A stretch of DNA of 64,000 nucleotides from Candidatus Omnitrophota bacterium (GTDB taxonomy: Bacteria > Omnitrophota > Gorgyraeia > Gygaellales > Profunditerraquicolaceae). Position numbers and translations under genes: made by a program. How positions within the stretch are numbered: position 1 is the stretch's first letter; each line of letters starts with the position of its first letter. A model generated the notes under the pieces. It had not been told where the DNA came from and made no database searches. It saw nothing but the letters and a program-made list of their open reading frames with translations. The DNA lies in NCBI GenBank assembly GCA_028717245.1, contig JAQUOD010000007.1:16988-80987 (forward strand), given 5' to 3'. Below are positions 36,607-46,303 of this stretch, in pieces.

Positions 36607-36680
36607 CGTTATTGCGTTTTTGCGTTACTTGCGTTATTGCGCTCAAACGCTATAACGCTATAACCCTATAACGCAATAAT
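36607..36680. repeat. Long imperfect palindrome built from three tandem 8-9 bp units per arm
   Basis: One arm is TTATTGCGTT / TTTGCGTTAC / TTGCGTTATTGCG. The other arm is CGCTATAACG / CTATAACC / CTATAACGCAATAA. It lies between the dCMP deaminase stop and the nrdR start. Confidence 0.55.
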
Positions 36681-36685
36681 CTTTT

Positions 36686-37156
36686 TTATTTCTTAATTCT
36701 TCTTACCTTTATCTTCGCCTCTTTTAGGAACTGCTTGGCTAATTTATCCGGATAATCCCCAGAGATGACAATCTCTTTGATCCCGGCATTAATGAGCATC
36801 TTGGCGCAGATGATACAGGGTTGGTTGGTGATATAAAGGGTGCTGCCTTTTGTGCCTACCCCGTATAATGCTGCCTGGAGCAAGACATTTTGCTCCGCAT
36901 GCAGCCCGCGGCAGAGTTCGTGGCGTTCTCCCGACGGAATTTTTAATTTATCGCGCAGGCAGCCGATATCCAAACAGTGCCCTAATCCCGACGGAGCGCC
37001 GTTATATCCGGTAGCCAGTATTTTTTTATCCCTGACCAGGACCGCTCCTACATAACGCCGCAGGCAGGTTGCCCTCTTAGAGACCAGTTGCGCTACCTCT
37101 AAGAAATATTCATCCCAACTAGGCCGTGTATGTATCTTTTTTTTCTTTTTCATCAT
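36686..37156 (-). CDS. comEB: dCMP/cytidine deaminase (ComEB-like)
   Basis: HAEQNVL...[14 protein letters not shown] is the zinc-binding H(A)E...PCxxC deaminase motif. Confidence 0.8.
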   Translation of the reverse strand: MMKKKKKIHTRPSWDEYFLEVAQLVSKRATCLRRYVGAVLVRDKKILATGYNGAPSGLGHCLDIGCLRDKLKIPSGERHELCRGLHAEQNVLLQAALYGVGTKGSTLYITNQPCIICAKMLINAGIKEIVISGDYPDKLAKQFLKEAKIKVRRIKK

Positions 37157-38397
37157 AAGAGGCCCGGGTATAAAGGAAAGCGCCCGGTAAGTTTTAGGAC
37201 TTCTTTTTTTATGGCTTTTAATTTCCCGGGGTCATCGCTAGCTTCAAGTGCCTCGTGGATAAACCGCGCTATCAGGCGCATATGGGATTCTTTCATGCCC
37301 CGGCTGGTTACGGCAGCAGTCCCTAAACGTATGCCGCTGGTGGTTGCCGGGCTCTTCCTGTCAAAAGGTATAAGATTTTTATTCACCGTGATATTCACCT
37401 GCTCTAATATCCGTGAGGCATCCGCGCCGATAATGCCCTTATCGCTTAAATCTACGAGCAATAAATGCGTATCTGTGCCTCCGGAGACAATCCGAAAACC
37501 ACGCCTGGTTAAACCCCTGGCGAGTTCCCGGGCGTTTTTCACTACCTGCCTCTGGTAATTCCTGAATTTAGGAGTCATGGCCTGGCGAAAGGCAATGGCC
37601 TTGGCGGCAATCACATGCATCAAAGGCCCGCCCTGGATTCCCGGAAAGACTTCCATATCAATTTTTTTGGCAAATTCTTTTTTACAGATGATAAAACCTC
37701 CACGCGGCCCGCGTAAAGTCTTATGGGTAGTAGAGGTGACAAAATCCGCGTAAGGGACCGGCGAAGGGTGCACACCGGCAGCCACTAAGCCGGCGATGTG
37801 CGCCATATCCACAAATAAATAAGCGCCTACTTTATCCGCAATTTTACGCAAGGCCTTAAAATCCATTCTTCTGGGATAGGCAGAAGCACCGGCTAAAATT
37901 ATTCTGGGCTTATGTTTTTTAGCCAGAGACAGGATGTTATCATAATCCAGCATCTCGGTTTTCTTATCTACCCCGTAAGTCACTATGTTATAAAACATCC
38001 CGGAAAAATTATGCGGGTGGCCGTGGCTTAAATGCCCTCCGCAGGCTAAATCCATAGCCAGGACCGTATCTTTTAATTCCAGGGCGGCAAAATATACGGC
38101 CATATTCGCCTGCGTGCCTGAATGCGGCTGGACATTGACGTGTTCGGCGCCGAATAATTTCTTGGCCCGCTCAATGGCCAGGCGTTCTGCATCATCTACG
38201 TATTCGCAACCACCATACCAGCGCGCGCGAGGATAACCTTCGGCGTATTTATTAGTCAAGACCGAACCCTGGGCTTCCAATACCGCCAGAGAAGTAAAAT
38301 TCTCAGAAGCAATCAACTCCAGGTTATCGTCCTGTCTCTTAATCTCGTTCTTTATGGCAGCGTAAATTTCCGGGTCAACAGTTTTTATGTGTCTCAT
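37153..38397 (-). CDS. glyA: Serine hydroxymethyltransferase
   Basis: [12 protein letters not shown] is the PLP-Lys motif. Full-length 414 aa. Confidence 0.95.
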   Translation of the reverse strand: MRHIKTVDPEIYAAIKNEIKRQDDNLELIASENFTSLAVLEAQGSVLTNKYAEGYPRARWYGGCEYVDDAERLAIERAKKLFGAEHVNVQPHSGTQANMAVYFAALELKDTVLAMDLACGGHLSHGHPHNFSGMFYNIVTYGVDKKTEMLDYDNILSLAKKHKPRIILAGASAYPRRMDFKALRKIADKVGAYLFVDMAHIAGLVAAGVHPSPVPYADFVTSTTHKTLRGPRGGFIICKKEFAKKIDMEVFPGIQGGPLMHVIAAKAIAFRQAMTPKFRNYQRQVVKNARELARGLTRRGFRIVSGGTDTHLLLVDLSDKGIIGADASRILEQVNITVNKNLIPFDRKSPATTSGIRLGTAAVTSRGMKESHMRLIARFIHEALEASDDPGKLKAIKKEVLKLTGRFPLYPGLL

Positions 38398-38855
38398 CTT
38401 TTATTACCCCGTAGTTTCCTTTCCATTAATTTTATCTGGTCCAAGCGCCGCTTGTGCCTGCCTCCTGAAAATTTAGTATTTAGCCAAACATTAAGGATTC
38501 TTTTGGCTGAATCCGTCTTTACGAAAGTAGAGCCTAAAACTAAAACATTACTATCATTGTGTTCGCGGGAGAGGCGGGCGGCCTTGGCATTATAACATAA
38601 GGCAGCGCGCACTCCGGAAAGCCTGTTTGCCACAATAGAGTTACCGATGCCGGTCTTACAAATCAGGATGCCTTGTTTGTACCTTCCGTGCGAGACCTCT
38701 TCTGCCAGGCGGTAAGCAATCGGAGGATAATCGCAACGCTCTATTGAATAGGCACCTAAGTCTTTTACCTGAAAATTCTTCTTCTCAAGAAAAGACCTTA
38801 TCTTTTCTTTGAGGCGAAATCCGCCATGGTCAGAACCAATAATTATTTTCTTCAT
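38394..38855 (-). CDS. rpiB: Ribose-5-phosphate isomerase B
   Basis: [12 protein letters not shown]...ILICKTGIG matches the RpiB/LacAB blocks. Confidence 0.85.
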   Translation of the reverse strand: MKKIIIGSDHGGFRLKEKIRSFLEKKNFQVKDLGAYSIERCDYPPIAYRLAEEVSHGRYKQGILICKTGIGNSIVANRLSGVRAALCYNAKAARLSREHNDSNVLVLGSTFVKTDSAKRILNVWLNTKFSGGRHKRRLDQIKLMERKLRGNKR

Positions 38856-39913
38856 ATTAATTTACTCACCCTTTCTACGGCCTCTTTTATTATCCTTAAA
38901 GAATCGGCATAAAATTCCGGGGCCCTGCCGATAGGGTCAGCAATATCCAAGTTATTATCTTTTATTTTAGCAAATTCTTTTAATAAAAACAGTTTATTTT
39001 TTGCCTCCGGGGCCATTTCCAGGATTCTCTGTTCATGCAGCCTCTCCATAACCAGGATAAGGTCAGCCCTGGCGAGCATCTCTTTATTTACTCTTTGCGA
39101 ATGATGCGCGGATACATCCATGCCCTCCTGTTTCATCAACTCCCGGACTTCTTCTGTGGCGCCTAAACCTTCTACTGCCATTATCCCCGCGGATAAAACT
39201 TCTATATCCTGGCGGCTTTGTTCTTTAAGCTTCTTCTCAAGGAGGGCTTTGGCCATAACCGAACGGCAGGAATTTCCTGTGCAGAGAAAAAGGATAACTT
39301 TCTTCTTTAACGCTGCCTCAATCTCTGCTTTTTTTATTGCCCCCTCCCTTAATATCCGTAACTGAGCGCCGGTTAAATCTACAACTGATGACTCCAGGCC
39401 CAATCTTGTATGGCCTGCGTCAATGGCAAAATCCACCAGGCCATCTAAATCTTTTATCGCCTCCGGAAAATTTATAGGCGCGTTTCCCCCGGAGATATTT
39501 GCCGACGGACAGACTACAGGGACCCCGGATAAGGCGATTACCTTTAAGGCAACAGCGTCATCAGGCATACGTATGCCGATGGTGCCTTTATCCTTAGCTT
39601 TTAAAATCAGGGTCAATGGCCCCGGCCAAAATTTAGCCATAAGTTTATACGCCAAAGCCGGTACATCCTGGGTGAACTCTTCTATTTTTTCTTTTTTATC
39701 TATGTGCAGAGAAAAAGGCTTATCCTGCGGGCGTTTCTTTATGGCATAGAGCCTCTTTACTGCCTGCTCATCTGCCATATGCGCGGCAATACCATAGACT
39801 GTTTCAGTAGGAATAACCACTAAGCCCCCTTTTGCCAGGATAGCGGCTGCTTCCTGGAGATGATTCTCATCGGGATTAAGGGGGTCTACTTTAACTATCT
39901 TGGTAGAATTCAT
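38852..39913 (-). CDS. L-threonylcarbamoyladenylate synthase (TsaC/Sua5/YwlC) fused to low-molecular-weight protein phosphatase (YwlE-like)
   Basis: N-terminal YrdC-like region (VVIPTETVYGIAA). C-terminal LFLCTGNSCRS is a CX5R P-loop. The ywlC-ywlE-rpiB-glyA neighbourhood resembles Bacillus. Confidence 0.75.
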   Translation of the reverse strand: MNSTKIVKVDPLNPDENHLQEAAAILAKGGLVVIPTETVYGIAAHMADEQAVKRLYAIKKRPQDKPFSLHIDKKEKIEEFTQDVPALAYKLMAKFWPGPLTLILKAKDKGTIGIRMPDDAVALKVIALSGVPVVCPSANISGGNAPINFPEAIKDLDGLVDFAIDAGHTRLGLESSVVDLTGAQLRILREGAIKKAEIEAALKKKVILFLCTGNSCRSVMAKALLEKKLKEQSRQDIEVLSAGIMAVEGLGATEEVRELMKQEGMDVSAHHSQRVNKEMLARADLILVMERLHEQRILEMAPEAKNKLFLLKEFAKIKDNNLDIADPIGRAPEFYADSLRIIKEAVERVSKLI

Positions 39914-40395
39914 ATCTTGAGTTTTATTCTTTTAATTTTAGACTGCATTTCTTTTTTGTAAACCATGAGTTTTGCCTGTATTTTCTTATCGGCAATGCCT
40001 AAAATCTCTAAGGCAAATATGGCGGCGTTTTTAGCGCCTGCCTTACCTATACTCATAGAAGCTACCGGAATGCCTGAAGGCATCTGCACCGTTGATAACA
40101 ACGAATCCAGGCCCTTGAGGCTCTTTGTCTCAATGGGTATGCCGATAACCGGTAAAGTGGTATGAGCCGCGATTACCCCGGCCAAGGCTGCAGCGCCTCC
40201 GGCAGCAGCGATAAAAACTCTTATGCCTCTTTTAGGCGCTTCTTCTACGTATCGGGCTAATTCTTGGGGCGTCCTGTGCGCGGACAGAACCCTAACCTCA
40301 AAACTTACCCTGAATTTCTTTAATAAATCTATCGCCTCTTTTACTATCTCTAAATCCGACTGACTGCCCATGATTATACTTATCGGTTTACGCAT
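39910..40395 (-). CDS. purE: N5-carboxyaminoimidazole ribonucleotide mutase
   Basis: PISIIMGSQSD...AAGGAAALAGV motifs. Confidence 0.9.
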   Translation of the reverse strand: MRKPISIIMGSQSDLEIVKEAIDLLKKFRVSFEVRVLSAHRTPQELARYVEEAPKRGIRVFIAAAGGAAALAGVIAAHTTLPVIGIPIETKSLKGLDSLLSTVQMPSGIPVASMSIGKAGAKNAAIFALEILGIADKKIQAKLMVYKKEMQSKIKRIKLKI

Positions 40396-40445
40396 TATGC
40401 CTCCATTTCTAATTTTAACATTTTAACATTCAAACATTAAAACTT

Positions 40446-41720
40446 TCAAACTAAAATGGCTTTCCCCCCGATATCGCGACGATAATGCATCCCCTCAAAA
40501 TGAATCTTCCCTACTGCCTGGTATGTCTTGTCAATGGCATCTTTTATATTATTACCTAAACCCGTTACCCCTAACACCCTTCCTCCGTTAGTAATATATT
40601 TATCTGACAACTTCTTCGTGCCGGCGTGAAATACGACTACGTCTTTAACCTTTGCGGCGTCTTCTAAACCAGAAATCTCTTTTCCTTTTTCATAATTACC
40701 CGGGTATCCGCCTGATGCGCAGACCACGCAGACACAGGCGCGGTTATCCCACTTCAGGCCCTGGAAACGGGATAATTTTCCCTCGCTGGCAGCCAGCATC
40801 ACTTCTACTAAGTCCGACTGCATCCGGGGTAATATCGCCTCTGTCTCAGGATCGCCGAAACGCACGTTAAACTCCAGGGTCTTCGGGCCATCTTTAGTAA
40901 TCATTACGCCGGCGTACAAAACGCCTTTATAAATAATGCCTTCTTTGGCTAAACCGCCTATAGTCCTATAGATAATCTTATCTAAAATTTCCAGTAATAA
41001 TTCTTTTGTTACTACCGGGGCAGGCGAATATGCCCCCATACCTCCCGTATTGGCGCCCTTATCGTCATCAAAAATTCTTTTATGGTCCTGGCTAGAGGCT
41101 AAGGCAATAACCTTATGGGGATCAGTAATCACCAGGATAGAAGCCTCCTGCCCCTCTAAACAATCTTCAATGATGACTTTATTCCCGGCAGGGCCAAAAA
41201 TCTTTTCTTCCAGTATGGAGGATACTGCCTGCTTTGCTTCATCTGGAGTCTTAGCCACTACTACGCCCTTACCTTGGGCCAGGCCGTCTGCTTTTATTAC
41301 GCAGGGCCCGCCTACCTTCTCGATATATTTCTTTGCTTCTGAGGCATCGGTGAAAATTTTAAAATCTGCGGTAGGAACATGATATTTAGCCATCAGCTCT
41401 TTGGCAAAAACCTTGCTTGCCTCTAATTGCGCTGCGGCTTTAGGGGGGCCGAATATCTTTAATTTATAATTACTGAACTCATCAACTATCCCGGCGGCCA
41501 GAGGCGCCTCCGGACCGACGACGGTTAAGCCTATCTTTTCTTTTCTGGCAAAATCCAATAAGGACGCCGTATCTTCTGCTTTAATCTCCAGGCACTCGGC
41601 GAGATTCGCGATACCGCCGTTTCCGGGCGCGCAGAAAATCTTATCTGCCAGCTTGGACTGAGCAATCTTCCAGACTAAGGCGTGTTCCCTGCCGCCTGAA
41701 CCAATAACTAAAACTCTCAT
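40446..41720 (-). CDS. purD: Phosphoribosylamine-glycine ligase
   Basis: MRVLVIGSGGREHAL and ATP-grasp blocks. Confidence 0.9.
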   Translation of the reverse strand: MRVLVIGSGGREHALVWKIAQSKLADKIFCAPGNGGIANLAECLEIKAEDTASLLDFARKEKIGLTVVGPEAPLAAGIVDEFSNYKLKIFGPPKAAAQLEASKVFAKELMAKYHVPTADFKIFTDASEAKKYIEKVGGPCVIKADGLAQGKGVVVAKTPDEAKQAVSSILEEKIFGPAGNKVIIEDCLEGQEASILVITDPHKVIALASSQDHKRIFDDDKGANTGGMGAYSPAPVVTKELLLEILDKIIYRTIGGLAKEGIIYKGVLYAGVMITKDGPKTLEFNVRFGDPETEAILPRMQSDLVEVMLAASEGKLSRFQGLKWDNRACVCVVCASGGYPGNYEKGKEISGLEDAAKVKDVVVFHAGTKKLSDKYITNGGRVLGVTGLGNNIKDAIDKTYQAVGKIHFEGMHYRRDIGGKAILV

Positions 41721-41731
41721 AACTGGTTATA

Positions 41732-42415
41732 TTATTCTAATTTAGTTCCGTCCCAGGGACAGAATTTGTAAGCGCCGCTTATTTTTTCGCCACAGGTAGG
41801 ACAAATCTTAGATGGCAACAATGAACCCAGGGGCAATTTCCATCTAAACTCTCTCTCGTCTAATTTTACTAAGAATATTCCGTCTTTTTTGGCATCCGCA
41901 ATACTCCGGCCCTCTTTGTTCTGACCAGGAAAGAGAAAAAAATGCATATTCTGACCGATTGGTCCGAAGTTATTTGCCCATGCCGGCTTCATCATGGCCA
42001 ATAAACCCTTAATATCTGCATTAATCTCTTCTTCGCCTAAAGGTAAATATTTATTACCTGCGCTATCAATAACACTTAGATTACCGCGAATCTCTGCTTC
42101 GGTTTTATAGGTAACCGTCCCGAAGCTACCCATATTTCCGTCAACTGCCGCTACCAGCGTATATGGCCTAAAGACTTTAAGAAAATCATCGATCTGGGCA
42201 GGGGTCATGCTCGGATTCTGGGTGAAGCTTGCCTGCCAGTATTCTTCAGGGATCCACCAGATAAAGGTCATCTCGCCTGGTTTATCTGAGCGCTTCTGAG
42301 TCTCCTGGCCTAAGGCATTCAGATCTACCTGCTCTGTCTGGGCAAAAGAAGATACCCCGGCTGCGGCCAGAAAGAATGCCACGGCGATAAAACAGCGGCA
42401 AATTATTTTTTTCAT
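41732..42415 (-). CDS. Secreted hypothetical protein with C-terminal zinc-ribbon-like motif, embedded in the pur operon
   Basis: Signal peptide followed by CPTCGEKISGAYKFCPWDG at the C-terminus. It is wedged between purM and purD with spacers under 20 nt. Confidence 0.4.
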   Translation of the reverse strand: MKKIICRCFIAVAFFLAAAGVSSFAQTEQVDLNALGQETQKRSDKPGEMTFIWWIPEEYWQASFTQNPSMTPAQIDDFLKVFRPYTLVAAVDGNMGSFGTVTYKTEAEIRGNLSVIDSAGNKYLPLGEEEINADIKGLLAMMKPAWANNFGPIGQNMHFFLFPGQNKEGRSIADAKKDGIFLVKLDEREFRWKLPLGSLLPSKICPTCGEKISGAYKFCPWDGTKLE

Positions 42416-42434
42416 TCCCTACCTCCTCAAAAGC

Positions 42435-43466
42435 CTATAATATTCTTACCTGTCTCCTGCCTTTAATTATCTCCCCAATAACCCAGGAACGTAGGTGGGA
42501 TTTTTCTAAAGCGGATTTTATCCTGGATACGCTCTTTGGCTTAACTATTAAAACCATGCCAATACCCATATTAAAAGTTCGGTACATTTCCTCTTGTGGC
42601 ACATTGCCCTTTTTCTGCATTAGCCGGAAAATCTCCAGGGCTCTCCAGGAATCCTTGTCTATAACTACATCTACACCCCCCGGAATAACTCTGGCAATTT
42701 TATTGTAAAAAGCGCCGCCGGTGATGTGCGCTATCCCTGTAACCTGTAACCTGTAACCTGTAACCTGTAACAACGATAAAATGGGCTTGACATAAATACG
42801 CGTAGGTTTCAGTAATTCCTTATGCATACGCTTTAATTTATTTTCAGAAAAGATCTTCCTGACTAAAGAATAGCCGTTAGAGTGTATGCCGCTGGATTCT
42901 AAGCCGATAACTTTATCCCCGGGTGAGATTCTAGAGCCGTCAATAATCTTTTCTCTCTCTACCACCCCCACGCAAAAACCGGCGACGTCATAATCTCCGG
43001 CATTATACATCCCCGGCATCTGGGCAGTTTCACCGCCCACCAAAGAACAACCTGCCTGGATACAGCCGTTATTTATACCCTTGACTACGTCAAAGAGCAC
43101 ACCTGTCTCTAATTTGCTGTAAGCAATATAATCTAAGAAAAACAGAGGTTCTGCGCCGACGCATAATATATCGTTGACGTTCATAGCTACGGCGTCAATG
43201 CCTATTGTATCGTGTTTATTGGCCAGGATGGCAATCTTTAATTTTGTGCCTACTCCGTCAGAAGAAGAGACCAGGACCGGGTCTTTGTATTTTTCTTTGG
43301 GGAACCTGAAAAAACTACCGAAACCGCCGATGTCTTTTAGGACTTCTTTACGGAAAGACTTCCTGGCTAAAGTTTTCAACCGGCCCTTGAAGGCATCGGC
43401 CTTTTGGATATCTACGCCTGATTTTTGATAGGTCAAGCTCCTCATGGATGCCTCCCGGTCCAGCAA
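42435..43466 (-). CDS. purM: Phosphoribosylformylglycinamidine cyclo-ligase (AIR synthetase)
   Basis: AHITGGAF block and N-terminal PurM fold. It contains an in-frame heptanucleotide repeat insertion. Confidence 0.9.
   Translation of the reverse strand: MLDREASMRSLTYQKSGVDIQKADAFKGRLKTLARKSFRKEVLKDIGGFGSFFRFPKEKYKDPVLVSSSDGVGTKLKIAILANKHDTIGIDAVAMNVNDILCVGAEPLFFLDYIAYSKLETGVLFDVVKGINNGCIQAGCSLVGGETAQMPGMYNAGDYDVAGFCVGVVEREKIIDGSRISPGDKVIGLESSGIHSNGYSLVRKIFSENKLKRMHKELLKPTRIYVKPILSLLQVTGYRLQVTGIAHITGGAFYNKIARVIPGGVDVVIDKDSWRALEIFRLMQKKGNVPQEEMYRTFNMGIGMVLIVKPKSVSRIKSALEKSHLRSWVIGEIIKGRRQVRIL
42737..42771. repeat. In-frame heptanucleotide microsatellite (CTGTAAC)x5 inside purM
   Basis: Encodes the duplicated peptide LQVTGYRLQVTG immediately before the conserved AHITGG block. 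Confidence 0.8.
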
Positions 43467-44839
43467 TACAAACAGATCTTTTCTTTAGGCAGGCCTATGG
43501 CAGAAATCATATCATTGAGCCTCTGGTATTTCAAAGTAGTTGCGCCCAAATCTTTGGTAATCCACTCTACCAACTTCTTATGCTTGGAAGAATTCTCATC
43601 CAGGTATTCTTTAATGTCCTTTATATCTTTGCCTTCTATTGCCTTTATCGCCCGGCGCGCCACCAGTTCCTGTATGCTGCGCGTAGAATAATTGAATTTA
43701 CAGGGAAACATCAACGGCGGACAGGCAATCCTCAGGTGTATTTCTTTTACCGCGCATTCCTTGAGTTTCTGGATGGTATAATTTTTCAGTTGCGTGCCCC
43801 TGACAATGGAGTCGTCGCAACAGACAATACTTTTGCCATTGATTATTTCCGGGATAGGGATAAGTTTCATCTTGGCAATCAGGTCGCGCCTCTCCTGCGA
43901 AGCCGGCGTGTAACTACGGTCAAATCCCGGCGTATATTTTACCAGCGGCCTGCGAAAAGGGACCTTGGATTCCATGGCATAACCGATGGCATGTGTTGTC
44001 CCTGAATCCGGGATGCCTGAAACGATATCTGCCTTAATGTTATCGCGCTTGGCCAGGAACCTACCACATCTTTCCCTGACTACCTCCACGGTTATACCCT
44101 CATAAGAGGAACCGGGAAACCCTGTATATATCCATAAAAAGGAACAGATTTGATTTGTGTTATCGCCTTTGCGCTTAGATTTTAAACCGGATTCATCCAA
44201 CAAAATAACCTCTCCCGGCTGGATATATTTTATGGTCTTAAATCCTAAATTCCCAAAAGCCGTAGTCTCCGTAGTTACCGCATAGTCTTTGCCCCTCTGG
44301 CCCAAAGCTAAAGGCGTATAACCATACCTGTCCCTGGCAGCATAAATCCCTTCCTTGTTTAACAAAAGCAAAGAACAGGAACCGTCAATCTTGGAGAACA
44401 TATATTCAATACCACTCATGATAGTCTTCTCGCGGATGATCAATTTTGCCACCAGCTCCGTTAAATTAATCCTTCCGTCGGTCACTTCACTGAAGGATTT
44501 GCCCTCCTTAAAGAGCTCTTTAGCTAACTCATCGGCATTATCAATAAAGCCGTTAGTCATAATGGCAAAGGGCCCGAACTTAGAGTTAACGCATACGGGC
44601 TGTTCGTCCCTGGCGCTGATTACGCCTATGCCTTTATTGCCCGGCATCTTCTTGTAATCTTCGTAAAACTTTGCCTTGAACTGGCTTCCTCTAATATCGT
44701 GAATTTTACGGCTTAAACCTTCACTGCCATAGACTGCCAGGCCCGCAAATTGCGTGCCCAGATGCGAATGGTAATCCGTGCCATAAAAAAGGTCTTCCAG
44801 GCAATCACTCTTGGAGACCACGCCAAAAATACCGCTCAT
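43442..44839 (-). CDS. purF: Amidophosphoribosyltransferase
   Basis: MSGIFGV with Ntn Cys2 and a PRTase motif. Confidence 0.9.
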   Translation of the reverse strand: MSGIFGVVSKSDCLEDLFYGTDYHSHLGTQFAGLAVYGSEGLSRKIHDIRGSQFKAKFYEDYKKMPGNKGIGVISARDEQPVCVNSKFGPFAIMTNGFIDNADELAKELFKEGKSFSEVTDGRINLTELVAKLIIREKTIMSGIEYMFSKIDGSCSLLLLNKEGIYAARDRYGYTPLALGQRGKDYAVTTETTAFGNLGFKTIKYIQPGEVILLDESGLKSKRKGDNTNQICSFLWIYTGFPGSSYEGITVEVVRERCGRFLAKRDNIKADIVSGIPDSGTTHAIGYAMESKVPFRRPLVKYTPGFDRSYTPASQERRDLIAKMKLIPIPEIINGKSIVCCDDSIVRGTQLKNYTIQKLKECAVKEIHLRIACPPLMFPCKFNYSTRSIQELVARRAIKAIEGKDIKDIKEYLDENSSKHKKLVEWITKDLGATTLKYQRLNDMISAIGLPKEKICLYCWTGRHP

Positions 44840-44849
44840 ATTACCCCCT

Positions 44850-45656
44850 TTAAAAGTTTTTCCTTATATATTCTACCCCGTTTCTAAATATTTGTAAACC
44901 ATCTCCTTCGCTTTTCTTCTTTGCTGTCTGCCATTTCCGGGGATGCTGGAAGGCTTCGATGTGCCTCTCCGGATGAGGCATAAGCCCTAAAATCCTGCCG
45001 CTATCGTCAATAATCCCGGCAATATTATCCTGCGAGCCGTTAGGGTTATATGGATAGCCCGTAGATCTTCCTTGTTCATCGCAATACTGAAAAACAATCT
45101 GGTTATTATCTCTAATCCTCTGTAAAACTGCTTTATCCTTAGTAATAAACTTCCCTTCGCCATGCGCCACGGGCAGGTAAATTATTTCCGGTAGATTTTT
45201 TGTCCAAATGCATTTATTTTGGGATTTGGGATTTGGGATTTGGGATTTCTTTAGATACACCCAGCGGTCCTCAAATTTACCCGAATCGTTGATCACAAGC
45301 GAAGCCTCCTGCGTTAATTCATTATTGCCGGGCAATAGGCCGCTTTTTACCAGGACCTGAAAACCGTTACAGATACCGATGATTATCTTGCCTTCCTGGA
45401 TAAATTTTTTTATATCGCCTGTTAATTTATGCCTTAGTTCATTGGCTAAAATTTTTCCCGCAGCGATATCGTCTCCGTAAGTAAAGCCTCCGGGTATAGC
45501 TAAAATCTGATAATCCCTAAGGCGCTTTCTTAGTCTGATGAGGCTATTAATATGCAAAAGCTCGATAGCTGCTCCCGCCTTATGAAAGGCAAAAGCTGTC
45601 TCTCGGTCGCAATTAGTACCGGCGGTTCTTAAGATACAGGCCTTAGGTTTTTTCAT
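44850..45656 (-). CDS. purQ: Phosphoribosylformylglycinamidine synthase glutaminase subunit
   Basis: GICNGFQVL with the catalytic Cys, and HPER. It contains an in-frame TTTGGGA x4 repeat. Confidence 0.85.
   Translation of the reverse strand: MKKPKACILRTAGTNCDRETAFAFHKAGAAIELLHINSLIRLRKRLRDYQILAIPGGFTYGDDIAAGKILANELRHKLTGDIKKFIQEGKIIIGICNGFQVLVKSGLLPGNNELTQEASLVINDSGKFEDRWVYLKKSQIPNPKSQNKCIWTKNLPEIIYLPVAHGEGKFITKDKAVLQRIRDNNQIVFQYCDEQGRSTGYPYNPNGSQDNIAGIIDDSGRILGLMPHPERHIEAFQHPRKWQTAKKKSEGDGLQIFRNGVEYIRKNF
45218..45245. repeat. In-frame heptanucleotide microsatellite (TTTGGGA)x4 inside purQ
   Basis: Encodes KSQIPNPKSQNK. Confidence 0.8.
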
Positions 45657-46302
45657 AGAATCTATCTATGACGCCCACTGCTTCTTTGGGGCTGTCTACT
45701 ACTTTAAAAATGTTTAAATCCTCCTTACTGATATTGCCGTTTTTCAATACCGTGTCTTTAAGCCAGCTCAGCATGCCCTCCCAATATTCGCTGCCAAATA
45801 ATACCACGGGAAACTTAGAAATCCTCAACGTCTGGATAAGATTGATGGCCTCGGTAAATTCATCTAAAGTGCCGTAGCCTCCGGGCATAATCACAAAGGC
45901 CTTGGCGTATTTGACAAACATGACTTTACGCACGAAAAAATAACGGAAATCTAAAAGCGTATCCACGTAACTATTAGGTTTCTGCTCGCTGGGAATCTGG
46001 ATATTCAAGCCTACGGAACGGCCGCCGGCCCTCTTTGCGCCTTTATTGGCTGCCTCCATAATACCCGGGCCGCTACCGGTAATGACGGCATAGCCTTTTT
46101 TCGCCAGAAGATAGGCGAGCTCTTCGGCGAGCTTATAATATTTATCCTTCGGGCTCATACGGCTTGAGCCGAATATGGAAACCGCCTTGCCTATCCTGGA
46201 AAGAATCTCAAAACCGTCTACAAATTCAGACATGATGCGGAAGACCCGCCAGGGGTCTTCCTGGGTAAAATCGTCTTTAATAATAACTTTTGTTTTTTTC
46301 AT
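45643..46302 (-). CDS. LOG-family nucleotide 5'-monophosphate nucleosidase (lysine decarboxylase-like)
   Basis: PGGYGTLDEFTEAINLIQT matches the PGGxGTxxE signature. Confidence 0.75.
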   Translation of the reverse strand: MKKTKVIIKDDFTQEDPWRVFRIMSEFVDGFEILSRIGKAVSIFGSSRMSPKDKYYKLAEELAYLLAKKGYAVITGSGPGIMEAANKGAKRAGGRSVGLNIQIPSEQKPNSYVDTLLDFRYFFVRKVMFVKYAKAFVIMPGGYGTLDEFTEAINLIQTLRISKFPVVLFGSEYWEGMLSWLKDTVLKNGNISKEDLNIFKVVDSPKEAVGVIDRFYEKT

Positions 46303-46303
46303 C

